From the NCBI GenBank assembly GCA_020721905.1, contig DYLU01000005.1:14860-78859 (forward strand): a DNA stretch of 64,000 nt, in the 5' to 3' direction. Shown one piece after another: positions 49,391-59,348 of this stretch. A model generated the notes under the pieces. That model had not been told where the DNA came from. It saw only the letters and a list, made by a program, of their open reading frames with translations, and searched no databases. Every line of letters starts with the position of its first letter. The first letter of the stretch is position 1. Source of the stretch: Leptospira biflexa (GTDB lineage Bacteria; Spirochaetota; UBA4802; UB4802). Made by a program: the position numbers and the translations under genes.

Positions 49391-49723
49391 ATGTTTATTG
49401 AAACAACGAAGTTAGATTCAATTCTGGTTGTAACCCCGCACGAAGATATCATCAGGGAAAATTCAGAGGATGTGGAAAGGGCCATCTTTTCTAACGTCAA
49501 TAAATCAACTACTGATGTAATACTGGACTGCAAACATGTTCAGTATATTAACAGTTTTTCATTGGGCACGCTTGTTAAAATTCACCAGAAACTTGAAGAA
49601 AATTCTCAAAAATTACATTTCCTCAATGTTGCACCATCATTGAAAACATTGTTTAAAATAACCCGTGTTCTGGATTACTTTTCGCTTATTGACTCAATGG
49701 ATGATGTTAAAAATAAAAAATAG
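49391..49723 (+). CDS. STAS-domain anti-sigma-factor antagonist (SpoIIAA/RsbV-like)
   Basis: ~110 aa with a typical STAS layout: ILDCKHVQYINSFSLGTLVKIHQKL (a Ser in the usual phosphorylatable position) and NVAPSLKTLFKITRV. Confidence 0.8.
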   Translation: MFIETTKLDSILVVTPHEDIIRENSEDVERAIFSNVNKSTTDVILDCKHVQYINSFSLGTLVKIHQKLEENSQKLHFLNVAPSLKTLFKITRVLDYFSLIDSMDDVKNKK

Positions 49724-49765
49724 CTTTTTATAACAAAGCAAATTCTTCACCATACATTGCAAATT

Positions 49766-50254
49766 TCAGAACAAAAGGCCTGTATCTTTTTTGTTCTTCT
49801 CAAAAAAATATCTATCATAATAAACCTTTGATTTATATGTATCTCCGGTAATTTCATAAATAACGGCAATATTATAAAGCGACTCAACAAATCCCATATC
49901 TATCCTGTATGCTTCTTTGAAACAATAATTTGCCTTAACATAGTTTTTCCCAAAAAAATATGCAAAACCTAAATAAAACCATCCACCTGCTGACGTTGCA
50001 TCCAGAGTTACAGCCTTATTCAGATGCCTGATAGCGTTATTAATATCTCCGGAATACAGGCATACTTTCCCATAACCATAATGGGCAAAATAGTAATAAG
50101 GATTTAAACCAATGGCTTTAATAAATAATTCTTTTGCTTTTGAATATTCTTTAGCTCTTGCAAGTGCAGTTGCTTCAGTGCATACTGAGGAAGCAAACTG
50201 ACTTTGAAGAGGAACCATACATAATAACGCAATGAGTAGTGATTTACCGAGCAT
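49766..50254 (-). CDS. TPR-repeat protein, secreted
   Basis: Signal-like N-terminus and several TPR-type A..Y..A...P....A.Y..G repeats. Confidence 0.7.
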   Translation of the reverse strand: MLGKSLLIALLCMVPLQSQFASSVCTEATALARAKEYSKAKELFIKAIGLNPYYYFAHYGYGKVCLYSGDINNAIRHLNKAVTLDATSAGGWFYLGFAYFFGKNYVKANYCFKEAYRIDMGFVESLYNIAVIYEITGDTYKSKVYYDRYFFEKNKKDTGLLF

Positions 50255-50687
50255 TGGGGATCATTTCGCGAAGTGTATGAAACAAAAATGTGTCAATTTG
50301 TTTACTGAAAAAAGTGTATAATGTAAAAACAAGCCATACAACAAGGGTAAATATACACATAAATTTCAGTAACCGTTCTGCACCAACATCATCTGCCTTG
50401 TAAAAGATAATTATTAACGCTAATGGCCACAAGAAAAACATATTTGCAAAAATCAGGGCACTGAATTCTTTTATAAAAGCGATAGTTACCATATACCAGT
50501 CTTTTTCAAATTGCTTATACCCTTGTAACAGATCTTTATAAAAAAACCACACATAAAATCCAAAGATACCAGAAGCTGCAATTTTCCATATTAGTTCAAT
50601 TCGGGGACGCATCCACAGTAGTAACACTGACAATCCCCAGATTGTTGTAAATACCAATAATGACGTGGATAGCATTGTTGTATTCAT
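50244..50687 (-). CDS. hypothetical four-TM membrane protein
   Basis: Hydrophobic helices throughout, with an 11-nt overlap with the downstream TPR gene. Confidence 0.5.
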   Translation of the reverse strand: MNTTMLSTSLLVFTTIWGLSVLLLWMRPRIELIWKIAASGIFGFYVWFFYKDLLQGYKQFEKDWYMVTIAFIKEFSALIFANMFFLWPLALIIIFYKADDVGAERLLKFMCIFTLVVWLVFTLYTFFSKQIDTFLFHTLREMIPNAR

Positions 50688-50693
50688 TGGGTA

Positions 50694-51683
50694 TTATCCC
50701 TCTTTTATAGCTAAATAGCTTGCCAACTCTATTGCTTTCTTCATACTGCTATAGTCAGCACAATCTTTGCCAGCAATATCAAATGCAGTACCATGATCAA
50801 CTGAAGTCCGTATAACCGATAATCCCACAGTAACATTTACACCTTCATCAAATGCCAGGATCTTAAAAGGTATTAAACCCTGGTCATGGTAATAAGCTAT
50901 AACGCAATCATATTGTGCCCAGCGCTGTGGTATAAATATAGTATCGGCAGAAAAAGGCCCTTCAATTATGATTCCCTGTGCCTGTGCATCCTTTACAACC
51001 TTTACGGTTACATCTTTATCAAAATTGCCTATTGCACCATCATCCCCACAATGCGGATCAAGCCCACATATAGCAATCTTTGGCTTTTTTTTCATTATTC
51101 TTGTTAAGCTGCTTTCACAAATCTGAATAGTTTGCATCAATCTATTATAATCAATAACATCTTTTAGTTTAAAAACAGGCACATGTGTTGTGACAAGCAT
51201 AACATTGTATTTCCCTGAATACATGAGCATCCGTGGATTATCTTCATGTATCTTTTCGGCAATATATTCAGTGTGTCCTATAAAGGGAACCCATTTTTCA
51301 ATAAGGGATTTATTTACAGGGCCAGTTACAATTGCATCAATTAATTTGAGCTTCCATAACGTAATGGCTGCATCAATATATGCCAGGCTTTCTTTGCCTG
51401 TAAGTTCTGTGCCACAGGACGGTTTGGGGATTGGAGCATCACTATGAATATTTATAAAACAAGGTTTCTGTATAACAGTATCAGATTGTATTTGATTGAA
51501 ATCCAGTATATCCCACGGAGTCATGAGATGGCGATAGTAGTGTTGCAATACATTAACCCTGCATATTACCAGAGGAAGGCACGGCAGTGTTTCAAAATCA
51601 CTTAACGCTTTTAATGTTACTTCCGGTCCAATACCAGCTGGATCGCCAATAGTAATAGCTACTCTGGGCTTTTTAATCCGCAA
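50694..51683 (-). CDS. pdxA: 4-hydroxythreonine-4-phosphate dehydrogenase
   Basis: ITIGDPAGIGPEV, TGPVNK, IGHTEYIA, VDHGTAFDIAGK. Confidence 0.92.
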   Translation of the reverse strand: MRIKKPRVAITIGDPAGIGPEVTLKALSDFETLPCLPLVICRVNVLQHYYRHLMTPWDILDFNQIQSDTVIQKPCFINIHSDAPIPKPSCGTELTGKESLAYIDAAITLWKLKLIDAIVTGPVNKSLIEKWVPFIGHTEYIAEKIHEDNPRMLMYSGKYNVMLVTTHVPVFKLKDVIDYNRLMQTIQICESSLTRIMKKKPKIAICGLDPHCGDDGAIGNFDKDVTVKVVKDAQAQGIIIEGPFSADTIFIPQRWAQYDCVIAYYHDQGLIPFKILAFDEGVNVTVGLSVIRTSVDHGTAFDIAGKDCADYSSMKKAIELASYLAIKEG

Positions 51684-52095
51684 GAAACTCCTCGGGTATT
51701 ATTTTATTTTTTTCATATTCGTTTTCAATCAAATCCTTGGCAGAAATCTTAAGATCATTTGCTATAGTGCAGCGTCCTTCTAATATTACACCATTCTGGA
51801 TAATGAGTTCAGGTGTTTTTATATCACCTAAAATTTTTGCTGTGGGCATTAACAATACCCTGTTGGTAGCATTAATATTACCTATAACCAGACCTTCAAT
51901 AATAACAGATACAGCATTGATATTGGTTTTAACTTTCCCATTTGGACCAATATATAACTGATCGGCCTGCAAATATTTTCCTTCAAAACGACCATCTATT
52001 CGCAATGAACCATTAATAAGAAATTTACCGCTGAAATAAGAATTTTCACCTATAACATTATTTGCAACATCACCACCAGATTTTGCTAAAGCCAT
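51673..52095 (-). CDS. bactofilin (polymer-forming cytoskeletal protein, DUF583)
   Basis: Beta-helical repeat pattern: FSGKFLINGSLRIDGRFEGKY..ADQLYIGPNGKVKTNINAVSVIIEGLVIGNINATNRVLL..TAKILGDIKTPELIIQNGVILEG. Confidence 0.85.
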   Translation of the reverse strand: MALAKSGGDVANNVIGENSYFSGKFLINGSLRIDGRFEGKYLQADQLYIGPNGKVKTNINAVSVIIEGLVIGNINATNRVLLMPTAKILGDIKTPELIIQNGVILEGRCTIANDLKISAKDLIENEYEKNKIIPEEFLAD

Positions 52096-52238
52096 AAAAA
52101 CACCTGCCCTTTACTTTTTTTCCATAGCTAAATAATGAATATAATAATGTCAACATGAAAATTATATTTACATTAATGAATTGTATACACCACCGGCACA
52201 GGCAATATAAATGTATACAGTTATGAAATTTTTCAATA

Positions 52239-53018
52239 CTAAAACTTTGTTTTATCCGGTACTTTAATTATTTGTAAAACTTCCTGAACAAACCCTTTGA
52301 GATATCGTAAAGCTTCTTTTACGGTCAATCCTTCAAAGGTTTTATACATATCATACCTTGCGTAGGTTATTCTGTCATCTGCATTTAAAACCATTGTGCC
52401 GCCAAATTCCGTATCAGCAAGTATTTTTGTTATAAAATCATTAACATCTTTAAAAAAAGAAAATAAATCCATTAAAAATAATCTGCCCTGGCGCATCCGC
52501 ATAAGATTCAATTGTGAAATATGAGCGCTTGTATTTGCCTTTTCAATATCATCCACTGTCTGCTGAAAAATCTTCAATGCCCTCTGGCATTCATCTAATT
52601 TTCTGTACAAAGCATCCCGCTCCAGTGAATTAGAATAATCCAGCTTGGTATATTGATCAGCTATCACGCCCCATATTTTTTCTGAAAAATGCTTTAAAAT
52701 TGAGGCAGCAATATTGATTTCCTTATCGTCCTTGAAATTTGATATTTTTTCAATTTCAACATTTTTTAAATATTCCAGGGATTCCAGTTCCGCCTCCCCG
52801 TTTGGAGTTACTATTAAATCATCAGTTATTATTGCTTCAATAAGTTCATCAATATCCACATCAGGATACAACTCTTGAAGTTTATCCCTCAGGGATTTCA
52901 AATCTTTTTTTACCCGCTCACGCTGTTTTGCATCAGGCGTAGTCTTTAATACACCTTCTAAGGCACGTAAAGATCGAACTATCTGTTTAGCTTTTTCTTC
53001 TTTTTCATCCATAATCAT
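52239..53018 (-). CDS. hypothetical helical protein
   Basis: ORF with ATG start and charged, coiled-coil-like composition. No family recognised. Confidence 0.45.
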   Translation of the reverse strand: MIMDEKEEKAKQIVRSLRALEGVLKTTPDAKQRERVKKDLKSLRDKLQELYPDVDIDELIEAIITDDLIVTPNGEAELESLEYLKNVEIEKISNFKDDKEINIAASILKHFSEKIWGVIADQYTKLDYSNSLERDALYRKLDECQRALKIFQQTVDDIEKANTSAHISQLNLMRMRQGRLFLMDLFSFFKDVNDFITKILADTEFGGTMVLNADDRITYARYDMYKTFEGLTVKEALRYLKGFVQEVLQIIKVPDKTKF

Positions 53019-53179
53019 TCAATACGTTATTTTCTGCTGAATTTTAACCTATAGTAACAAACTTGATATTTTTTTGCAACATAAATTCCGGATACATAAT
53101 AAAGCTGTACAGTAATAATGAAAATTTAATCATCAAGAATACCCTGTAACCACCGATACTATAAATAAAATCAAACATT

Positions 53180-54118
53180 ATGATAACGCCAAATATGAAT
53201 ATTGTAAAAAAATATTATTTATTACATCTTTTTATTTTATTATGTCTTATCTTTCACCCAAAAGGAAATGCTTTTGCTGCCACAATACCTGTTATCAAAG
53301 ATCTTTCCCGAAACAATGATACTATTGCCCTGTTACGTAAGGATATACGCAAAACACTTTATATCATAAAAAGCAACAGATCGGTTGAAGAATTACCCCG
53401 GCTTATTATGTATAAATATAAAGTTAAGAATAATGAAACATTCTGGGATATAGTATCAGTTACAAATCTTGATCTTGATACAATAGTTTCTGTTAATTCG
53501 CTTTCAGCTCCATCAGATATAAAGAAAGGGCTTATTCTTTATATACCAAATATGCGAGGCATAATTCACGAAAAATCTCACAATGAAAGTTATGATGCCA
53601 TTGCTATGAACTATCGAATACCGGTGCAATACATTCTAAAGGTTAACAGGATAGTTGCCAACGAACATAAACAATATATATTTATTCCGTGCGGGACCCT
53701 TTCTGATTTAGACCGATCCCTTTTTCTTGGAACAGCTTTTGTTTCACCACTTACCGTTGGCAAACTCAGTTCTTCTTTTGGTGTGCGAAAAGACCCAATA
53801 GATCATACACACAAATTTCACGCAGGTGTGGATATTGCATGCCCCATAAATTCACCTGTCTATGCATCCCGTGATGGTGTGGTTTTATTTTCCGGACCTA
53901 TGGGAGGCTATGGTAATCTTGTAATCATAAAACATAGCAGAGACTATTTTACATTATATGGTCATTTAAACAAAATATATGTTCAAAAGGGGGCGATAGT
54001 TGCTACAGGGCAGCTTATTGCAAAATCAGGAAACACAGGAAGGACAACAGGTCCTCACCTTCACTTTGAAATAAGAAAAAACAGCAAGCCAATAAATCCA
54101 TTATTGCTGCTGCGATAA
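53180..54118 (+). CDS. M23-family peptidoglycan endopeptidase with LysM-like domains
   Basis: Signal/TM N-terminus and two LysM-like segments (YKVKNNETFWDIVSVTNLDLDTIVSVNSL; ESYDAIAMNYRIPVQYILKVN). M23 motifs are FHAGVDIA, YGHL and GNTGRTTGPHLHFEI. Confidence 0.85.
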   Translation: MITPNMNIVKKYYLLHLFILLCLIFHPKGNAFAATIPVIKDLSRNNDTIALLRKDIRKTLYIIKSNRSVEELPRLIMYKYKVKNNETFWDIVSVTNLDLDTIVSVNSLSAPSDIKKGLILYIPNMRGIIHEKSHNESYDAIAMNYRIPVQYILKVNRIVANEHKQYIFIPCGTLSDLDRSLFLGTAFVSPLTVGKLSSSFGVRKDPIDHTHKFHAGVDIACPINSPVYASRDGVVLFSGPMGGYGNLVIIKHSRDYFTLYGHLNKIYVQKGAIVATGQLIAKSGNTGRTTGPHLHFEIRKNSKPINPLLLLR

Positions 54119-54119
54119 A

Positions 54120-56111
54120 CTAATCAATTGCATCAAGCAGCGAATATACATCCGTACCGTCTTCAGGATATTCCGCCATAAGAAAAGTTACCAGCAATTG
54201 CAATTCTTTATCACTGAATTGCTGTACCATCTCATTTTTTAGTGCATTTGCAAAGGGTATTGCAAATTTCTTGTTCTTGCCAGGTAACACAATTAAAAAT
54301 TTATTTCTATCAATCCTTGCAGTAAAATCACCATCCGAGAGTCGGCTGATTATTATTGCTTCAATTTTATTCATAAGTTCCTGAGTTTTTTTTAGCCCCT
54401 GAATTGTGTAGTACCGTTTTAAATTTTTAATTGTAAAAAGTATTATGGTAAGAGGAATTGTTAACCGGGTAACATGAGCCAATTCTTTATCAATTCTGTT
54501 AAAAACAGGCAATATGATATCACTATAATTAGTATATTGAGATTTAACCAATTGTAATATCAGATAATGGCTTAGCAAAACATCTGTCATTACTTTGAAC
54601 CGTTCAAACTGAATTTCCCTGCGCTGGTAATCACGCAGCCTGAAGACACAGAAAAAACCAAGCAGCTCATCGCCAACCTTAAATGGGTTTATCCAGAATA
54701 ATGTCATCTTTCGTATACTGCTTTCTGAAAAAACCTCTCGTATGGCTCTGTTTCTGTCAAAATCTTCAATGTCTGCAGCTGCATTGAACGATGCTATATA
54801 GTCAATAAACGCTGCATCACTCTTAATAGAATTGGCTGAATCTTTAAGAAGCAGTATATCTTCCTGATCTGTCAATAATAAAGAATAACTTCCATCCTTA
54901 TTATTTTTACTATACACTGCATAAGTCAAAAAACCATTAGCCGTCATACTGTTCTGGGTACTGGTATTGAAATAATCTTTGTGTGGGTACTTTCGCAAAC
55001 TTTGTTTATATTCATCCAGTTCATTCCAGAATTTTTTGTCGTCTACCGATTTGCGTATATCATCTTCAAGTTGTTCCATCGTATGCACTTTTTCATAGGT
55101 TATTGCAGCAAATTCACTTATCCGTTCAATAAAATCAATTTCTTCTTCAGTGTAATCCCCAATTGTTATTTTATCACCCAGAACCAGAGCACCAAAAACT
55201 TTGGAATCATACCGCAAGGGAATAAATAAACGGGCGTCAATTGCAATTAACTGATAATATTCATCCCTGTATTGAGCTTCCTCTTTAAACTGTTCTATAT
55301 CCACAACCCCTTTTGATTGCATAAGCACATCAAAAAGGCCTTTTCTTATATCAAATCGTATATTTTTATTTTTTATTGTTATGCCTCGTGAATCAGCCAC
55401 CATTAACGAATTCTCATCATCAGCGCTCAGCACCAGTAATGTGGCAGATGCTGAACCAATCTGTCCCATAACTGAGAAGAGTATGGTATTATACAATTGT
55501 TCCAGCGAATGAGCTTTAACTATTTCTTTACCAATTTCATATAAAACAACAAAGTCCTGAGACTTCTTATCAGGTTTTATGAAATTATCGGTGGGGGAAG
55601 GTTGTTTTTTTGCTTCGTCTTCCTGCATAGCATAAACACTATCCTTGTTTTCTTCCGGGGATTCAATAATTCTGAATTTCTGGTTACCATCTGGCCTATT
55701 ATCAAAATGTTTACTTTTAAAATCATTTGTTTCCTGAAAGGTTGTTTTTTGTAATAATTTTAAATCTGGTTCATCTTCAGGACCCAGATAATCGGAATCA
55801 CTATTTGAAATAAGTTGGTCATCCTGCATTATTATGGTATCATAATTTGTTGTAGTTGTCTCAACCTTATCTTTTGCTGAAGTATCATCAGGTAAAATAA
55901 ATAACTCATCTTCAACGGACTCAATACTTTTCAGGTCCCCATTACTCAACTCAACAGTATTCTCATCATCCTGTAAAGCTGTAGATGCGGTATCTTCCCT
56001 GTCATTAATAAATTCAGTCTCTGCAGGTCCAATAATTGTATCTATGAGTGTTTCTTTGCCCTTTTTATTTATTTCCTGTTTATACTGTAATGCTTTCTCA
56101 AGTAACCCCAT
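54120..56111 (-). CDS. GAF-domain protein with C-terminal degenerate GGDEF-like domain
   Basis: GAF-like core (LYEIGKEIV...MVADSRGI...LFIPLRYDSKVFGALVLGDK). The C-terminal segment DFTARIDRNKFLIVLPG occupies the position of the R.GGDEF...LP motif, but the GGDEF residues are lost. Confidence 0.6.
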   Translation of the reverse strand: MGLLEKALQYKQEINKKGKETLIDTIIGPAETEFINDREDTASTALQDDENTVELSNGDLKSIESVEDELFILPDDTSAKDKVETTTTNYDTIIMQDDQLISNSDSDYLGPEDEPDLKLLQKTTFQETNDFKSKHFDNRPDGNQKFRIIESPEENKDSVYAMQEDEAKKQPSPTDNFIKPDKKSQDFVVLYEIGKEIVKAHSLEQLYNTILFSVMGQIGSASATLLVLSADDENSLMVADSRGITIKNKNIRFDIRKGLFDVLMQSKGVVDIEQFKEEAQYRDEYYQLIAIDARLFIPLRYDSKVFGALVLGDKITIGDYTEEEIDFIERISEFAAITYEKVHTMEQLEDDIRKSVDDKKFWNELDEYKQSLRKYPHKDYFNTSTQNSMTANGFLTYAVYSKNNKDGSYSLLLTDQEDILLLKDSANSIKSDAAFIDYIASFNAAADIEDFDRNRAIREVFSESSIRKMTLFWINPFKVGDELLGFFCVFRLRDYQRREIQFERFKVMTDVLLSHYLILQLVKSQYTNYSDIILPVFNRIDKELAHVTRLTIPLTIILFTIKNLKRYYTIQGLKKTQELMNKIEAIIISRLSDGDFTARIDRNKFLIVLPGKNKKFAIPFANALKNEMVQQFSDKELQLLVTFLMAEYPEDGTDVYSLLDAID

Positions 56112-56116
56112 ACAGG

Positions 56117-58435
56117 TTAAACCCCTAATTCATGTAATACCTTAACATACAGGTCAAAATATTCAGAATTGGCAAAATTCTTTATAACATCTTCTGGTAA
56201 TTTATCAAATAAGGAATCCAGATATTTAAGCAATTTCCGAATATTCGCCTGCTTCTCAACGGGTAGTGTATCAACAAACCTGTTTACATCCTCTTTGCTA
56301 TCAAGAATAATGACCTGATCGGTAATATTAGTGATTTCTTCCTGTTGTGCAGGTTTCTCTTCAATAACGGCATTTGGTTTACTATCATCCACATCATATA
56401 GCATTGAAGGTTCATGTGTCATTTGAGCCAATAATTTCTTAATATCCACCTGTGGTTTAACCTTTTTTAACCGCTCAACTATATCATCAATATTTTCTTC
56501 TATGACAATAGCTACCGGTGATTCAATATTCTCTTCAATGCTTTTCTTTTCTTTATCAGACAGGCTTTGCGGTTTAGCCTGTATATATTTAAATTGCTTT
56601 ACTAATGTGGCATCCTTTTCAGGGTGGTCTCTCCCAACTGTAATATCTTTAAATGCTTTTGAAGCTTTGATCGTTTCGTATTCTTTTTCAAAAAGAATGT
56701 CATAAAAAAACTCAAATTCATCTTTGGTTAATCCAAAAAGTTCTACAGTAGATGAACTTTTTTTAACTGTTTTTGTTGCATAATAATCATCAATAACCTT
56801 TAAATATTTATCATATTCATCTACAAGAACAGCATTATCAATAAAAACTATATCATCATCTTTAAATTTATACTCTTCTTCAAACTCTATCATTCGATCC
56901 TGGAATGTTGGCAATGTTCCTGTCAGGATAGGAGCTATATATTCATCCTCTTCTTTTGAACTGGCTTCCTTTAATATCTTAGCATCTCCTTCTGTAATTT
57001 CTATTATGCCACTGACTAATTTATCAATATCATCTATAGGATTTTCTTCCACCGGCAAGTGTTCTTTAACCTCCACACCTGCATCATCTATGATCATAAT
57101 CTTTTGATTAGCTGCTACAACCAGGTCATCAGGAATGGTTTCAATGTTAAATTGTGCATAATCTTTTTTTAAATTTTTTGTATCAAATGAGTCACCGGTT
57201 CCATTCGTGGTTTGTGGTGCAGGCATAAATTCTTCTTCTAATGTTATTATGTCTATATTCTTTTCATGGGATGGTGGCTGTGGCTTATCTTGAGGCTTTT
57301 CTTTTATTTCTTTATCTATTTCAGGAGCTTCTGTTATTATATCCTGGGTTACAGGTATTTCTTCCTGCATTAGATCTATACTCTGTTCTTTTTGTATAAG
57401 TTCCTCTTTTATGGGCTTCACAGGTTCAACGATTTTCTTTTCTTTATCAGGTTTAGTGATAGCCTCTTCTGAAAGCTCTACATCCTGCGGCTGAACATCA
57501 GTTACTATTTCTTTTTTTTCCGGCTCATGTTTTTTTGGTGAAACTTTCACTTCTGAAATTACTTTTTCTTTCTTCTTTTCTTTTGATTTTTTTTCTTCTA
57601 CATTAGTTTCAATTGGAATAAGGTCATATTCATCAAGTTCTTCAATTAAATCTTCTTCTGAAAGAATCAAAATATCTTCACGTGCTATCTGCTCAGCTTC
57701 ATCAAGATTAATAAATTGGAAATCTTCAATATCCTTTTCCTCTATTTTATTCCTAACTTCCGGAGGTATCTCTATAGTTATAATATCTGCTTCCTGTCCG
57801 TCAATTTTACTTTCATCTTTAATCAAATTATCTTCATCTACACGTGATACTTTACCTATTGCTTTTTTTTCTTCAGATTCATGTCCGGAAGCTACTTCTT
57901 TGGATTCTTCCTGTTCTTCCTGTGCTACTTCCTCATCTTTAGAAAAATCTTCTATTACCAGAGCATCTATATTTTTATCATAATATATCTTGCCTTTTAT
58001 TTCCCTGTTTTCCACATCAATGGCAGTATCAATATAACTATCTTTAACATGTGATTCTTCTTTTGGGGTTGCAGATGAATGTAAAGGTTCAGGGATATCT
58101 TCAAACAACCTATCTTCCTTCTGAAGCCTCTCATGAGCTGCAGTATGCCTTACTACCGTAATTGTATTCTTAGCATCAACATGAGCAGTTATATTGATAA
58201 TATCATCATCACCGCCCTTTTGTATTTGCAAAGGTGGATTTTCATCTTCTATAATGAGCGTAGAAGTAGTAATATCCTGTAAGCCTGTAATCTCTTCCAG
58301 CTCACCTGAAACCTTTTCCTCTGCAGGCATATCGATAATAATATCTTCCTCTGTTATATCAATAACAGGTTCAGATATGTCGGTAATTTCTTCCAGCTCA
58401 CGAACTTTATGTTCCAGTTCCTGACTCATATCCAT
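56117..58435 (-). CDS. very acidic, low-complexity (Glu/Asp/Lys/Ile-rich) 772-aa protein of unknown function
   Basis: Long uninterrupted ORF with ATG start and stop 6 nt before the GAF gene start. Composition is dominated by E, D, K and I, with stretches such as EEKKSKEKKKEKV. No catalytic motif seen. Confidence 0.5.
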   Translation of the reverse strand: MDMSQELEHKVRELEEITDISEPVIDITEEDIIIDMPAEEKVSGELEEITGLQDITTSTLIIEDENPPLQIQKGGDDDIINITAHVDAKNTITVVRHTAAHERLQKEDRLFEDIPEPLHSSATPKEESHVKDSYIDTAIDVENREIKGKIYYDKNIDALVIEDFSKDEEVAQEEQEESKEVASGHESEEKKAIGKVSRVDEDNLIKDESKIDGQEADIITIEIPPEVRNKIEEKDIEDFQFINLDEAEQIAREDILILSEEDLIEELDEYDLIPIETNVEEKKSKEKKKEKVISEVKVSPKKHEPEKKEIVTDVQPQDVELSEEAITKPDKEKKIVEPVKPIKEELIQKEQSIDLMQEEIPVTQDIITEAPEIDKEIKEKPQDKPQPPSHEKNIDIITLEEEFMPAPQTTNGTGDSFDTKNLKKDYAQFNIETIPDDLVVAANQKIMIIDDAGVEVKEHLPVEENPIDDIDKLVSGIIEITEGDAKILKEASSKEEDEYIAPILTGTLPTFQDRMIEFEEEYKFKDDDIVFIDNAVLVDEYDKYLKVIDDYYATKTVKKSSSTVELFGLTKDEFEFFYDILFEKEYETIKASKAFKDITVGRDHPEKDATLVKQFKYIQAKPQSLSDKEKKSIEENIESPVAIVIEENIDDIVERLKKVKPQVDIKKLLAQMTHEPSMLYDVDDSKPNAVIEEKPAQQEEITNITDQVIILDSKEDVNRFVDTLPVEKQANIRKLLKYLDSLFDKLPEDVIKNFANSEYFDLYVKVLHELGV

Positions 58436-58727
58436 TATGTTTTTATAAACTATAAACTATCTCACATTAATAATATACAGTAATATTCATAAAAAATCTA
58501 ATTATGCCAATCAATAACAATCATTATAGTATTTAATATGTAATAAATTAATACTATTTTGTCAATAGTTATATAAAAGCCTTACTGTACAATATCGGTT
58601 AATTTTGTATTATTATTGAGTAGCAATGCAATCACTATATTTTTTCAAAAAATCGTTGCACTTTAATGTTAGTAACTGGTACTATCTCACAATACATTAT
58701 GAAAAAAATTAAGGAGGAAATACGGTT

Positions 58728-59300
58728 ATGAAGTTAACACACAAATTATTTTGCATGGCGATAGCTCTGGTAATGTTGCCTACAGCCTCATTCGCCATAG
58801 TTGATTTTGGTGTGTATGGCGGCTATACTTTTGCAGGAACAATAGATAACCCTCAAATAAGCAATGCTGACACAAATGGCTGGCAATATGGCTTTATTGG
58901 ACATCTCAATGGTTCGGTTATCCCGATGATATTGAGCATGGGAATTGGCGGATTTTATCAAAAATCACCAATGGAGTACACAGTAGCCGGACAGGACTTT
59001 GATCTTACCAAAACCATGTACGGAATTGACGCCATAGTAATGTTAGAATTGCCAATCCTTATTCATCCTTATGCAAGGGGTGGTATAGCAATCAATGAAA
59101 AAGTTGAATTTAAAACACCACTGGGAACTTGGTCTGACGAAAAGAAGTTTAATTCATATTACGTTGGATTAGGTGCTGCGTTTACTGTATTTCCATTTGT
59201 CCAGATTTTTGGTGAATATTTATACAATTATTCCAAGCTTGAAGATAGTGGGAAACTACAGAGCAATTCAATAAACATTGGGGCACGGTTAAATATATAA
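58728..59300 (+). CDS. small outer-membrane beta-barrel protein (OMP_b-brl / OmpW-like)
   Basis: AAGGAGG RBS, a signal peptide (LFCMAIALVMLPTASFA), and alternating hydrophobic beta-strand pattern with aromatic girdles. A strong terminator follows. Confidence 0.6.
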   Translation: MKLTHKLFCMAIALVMLPTASFAIVDFGVYGGYTFAGTIDNPQISNADTNGWQYGFIGHLNGSVIPMILSMGIGGFYQKSPMEYTVAGQDFDLTKTMYGIDAIVMLELPILIHPYARGGIAINEKVEFKTPLGTWSDEKKFNSYYVGLGAAFTVFPFVQIFGEYLYNYSKLEDSGKLQSNSINIGARLNI

Positions 59301-59316
59301 TGTATAATTATATAGT

Positions 59317-59348
59317 GGGGCGGGATTTACATTCCGCCCCATTTTTTT
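59317..59348 (+). terminator. rho-independent terminator
   Basis: GGGGCGGGA-(loop)-TCCGCCCC followed by ATTTTTTT, 17 nt after the stop at 59300. It overlaps the last codon of the convergent plsB. Confidence 0.8.
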
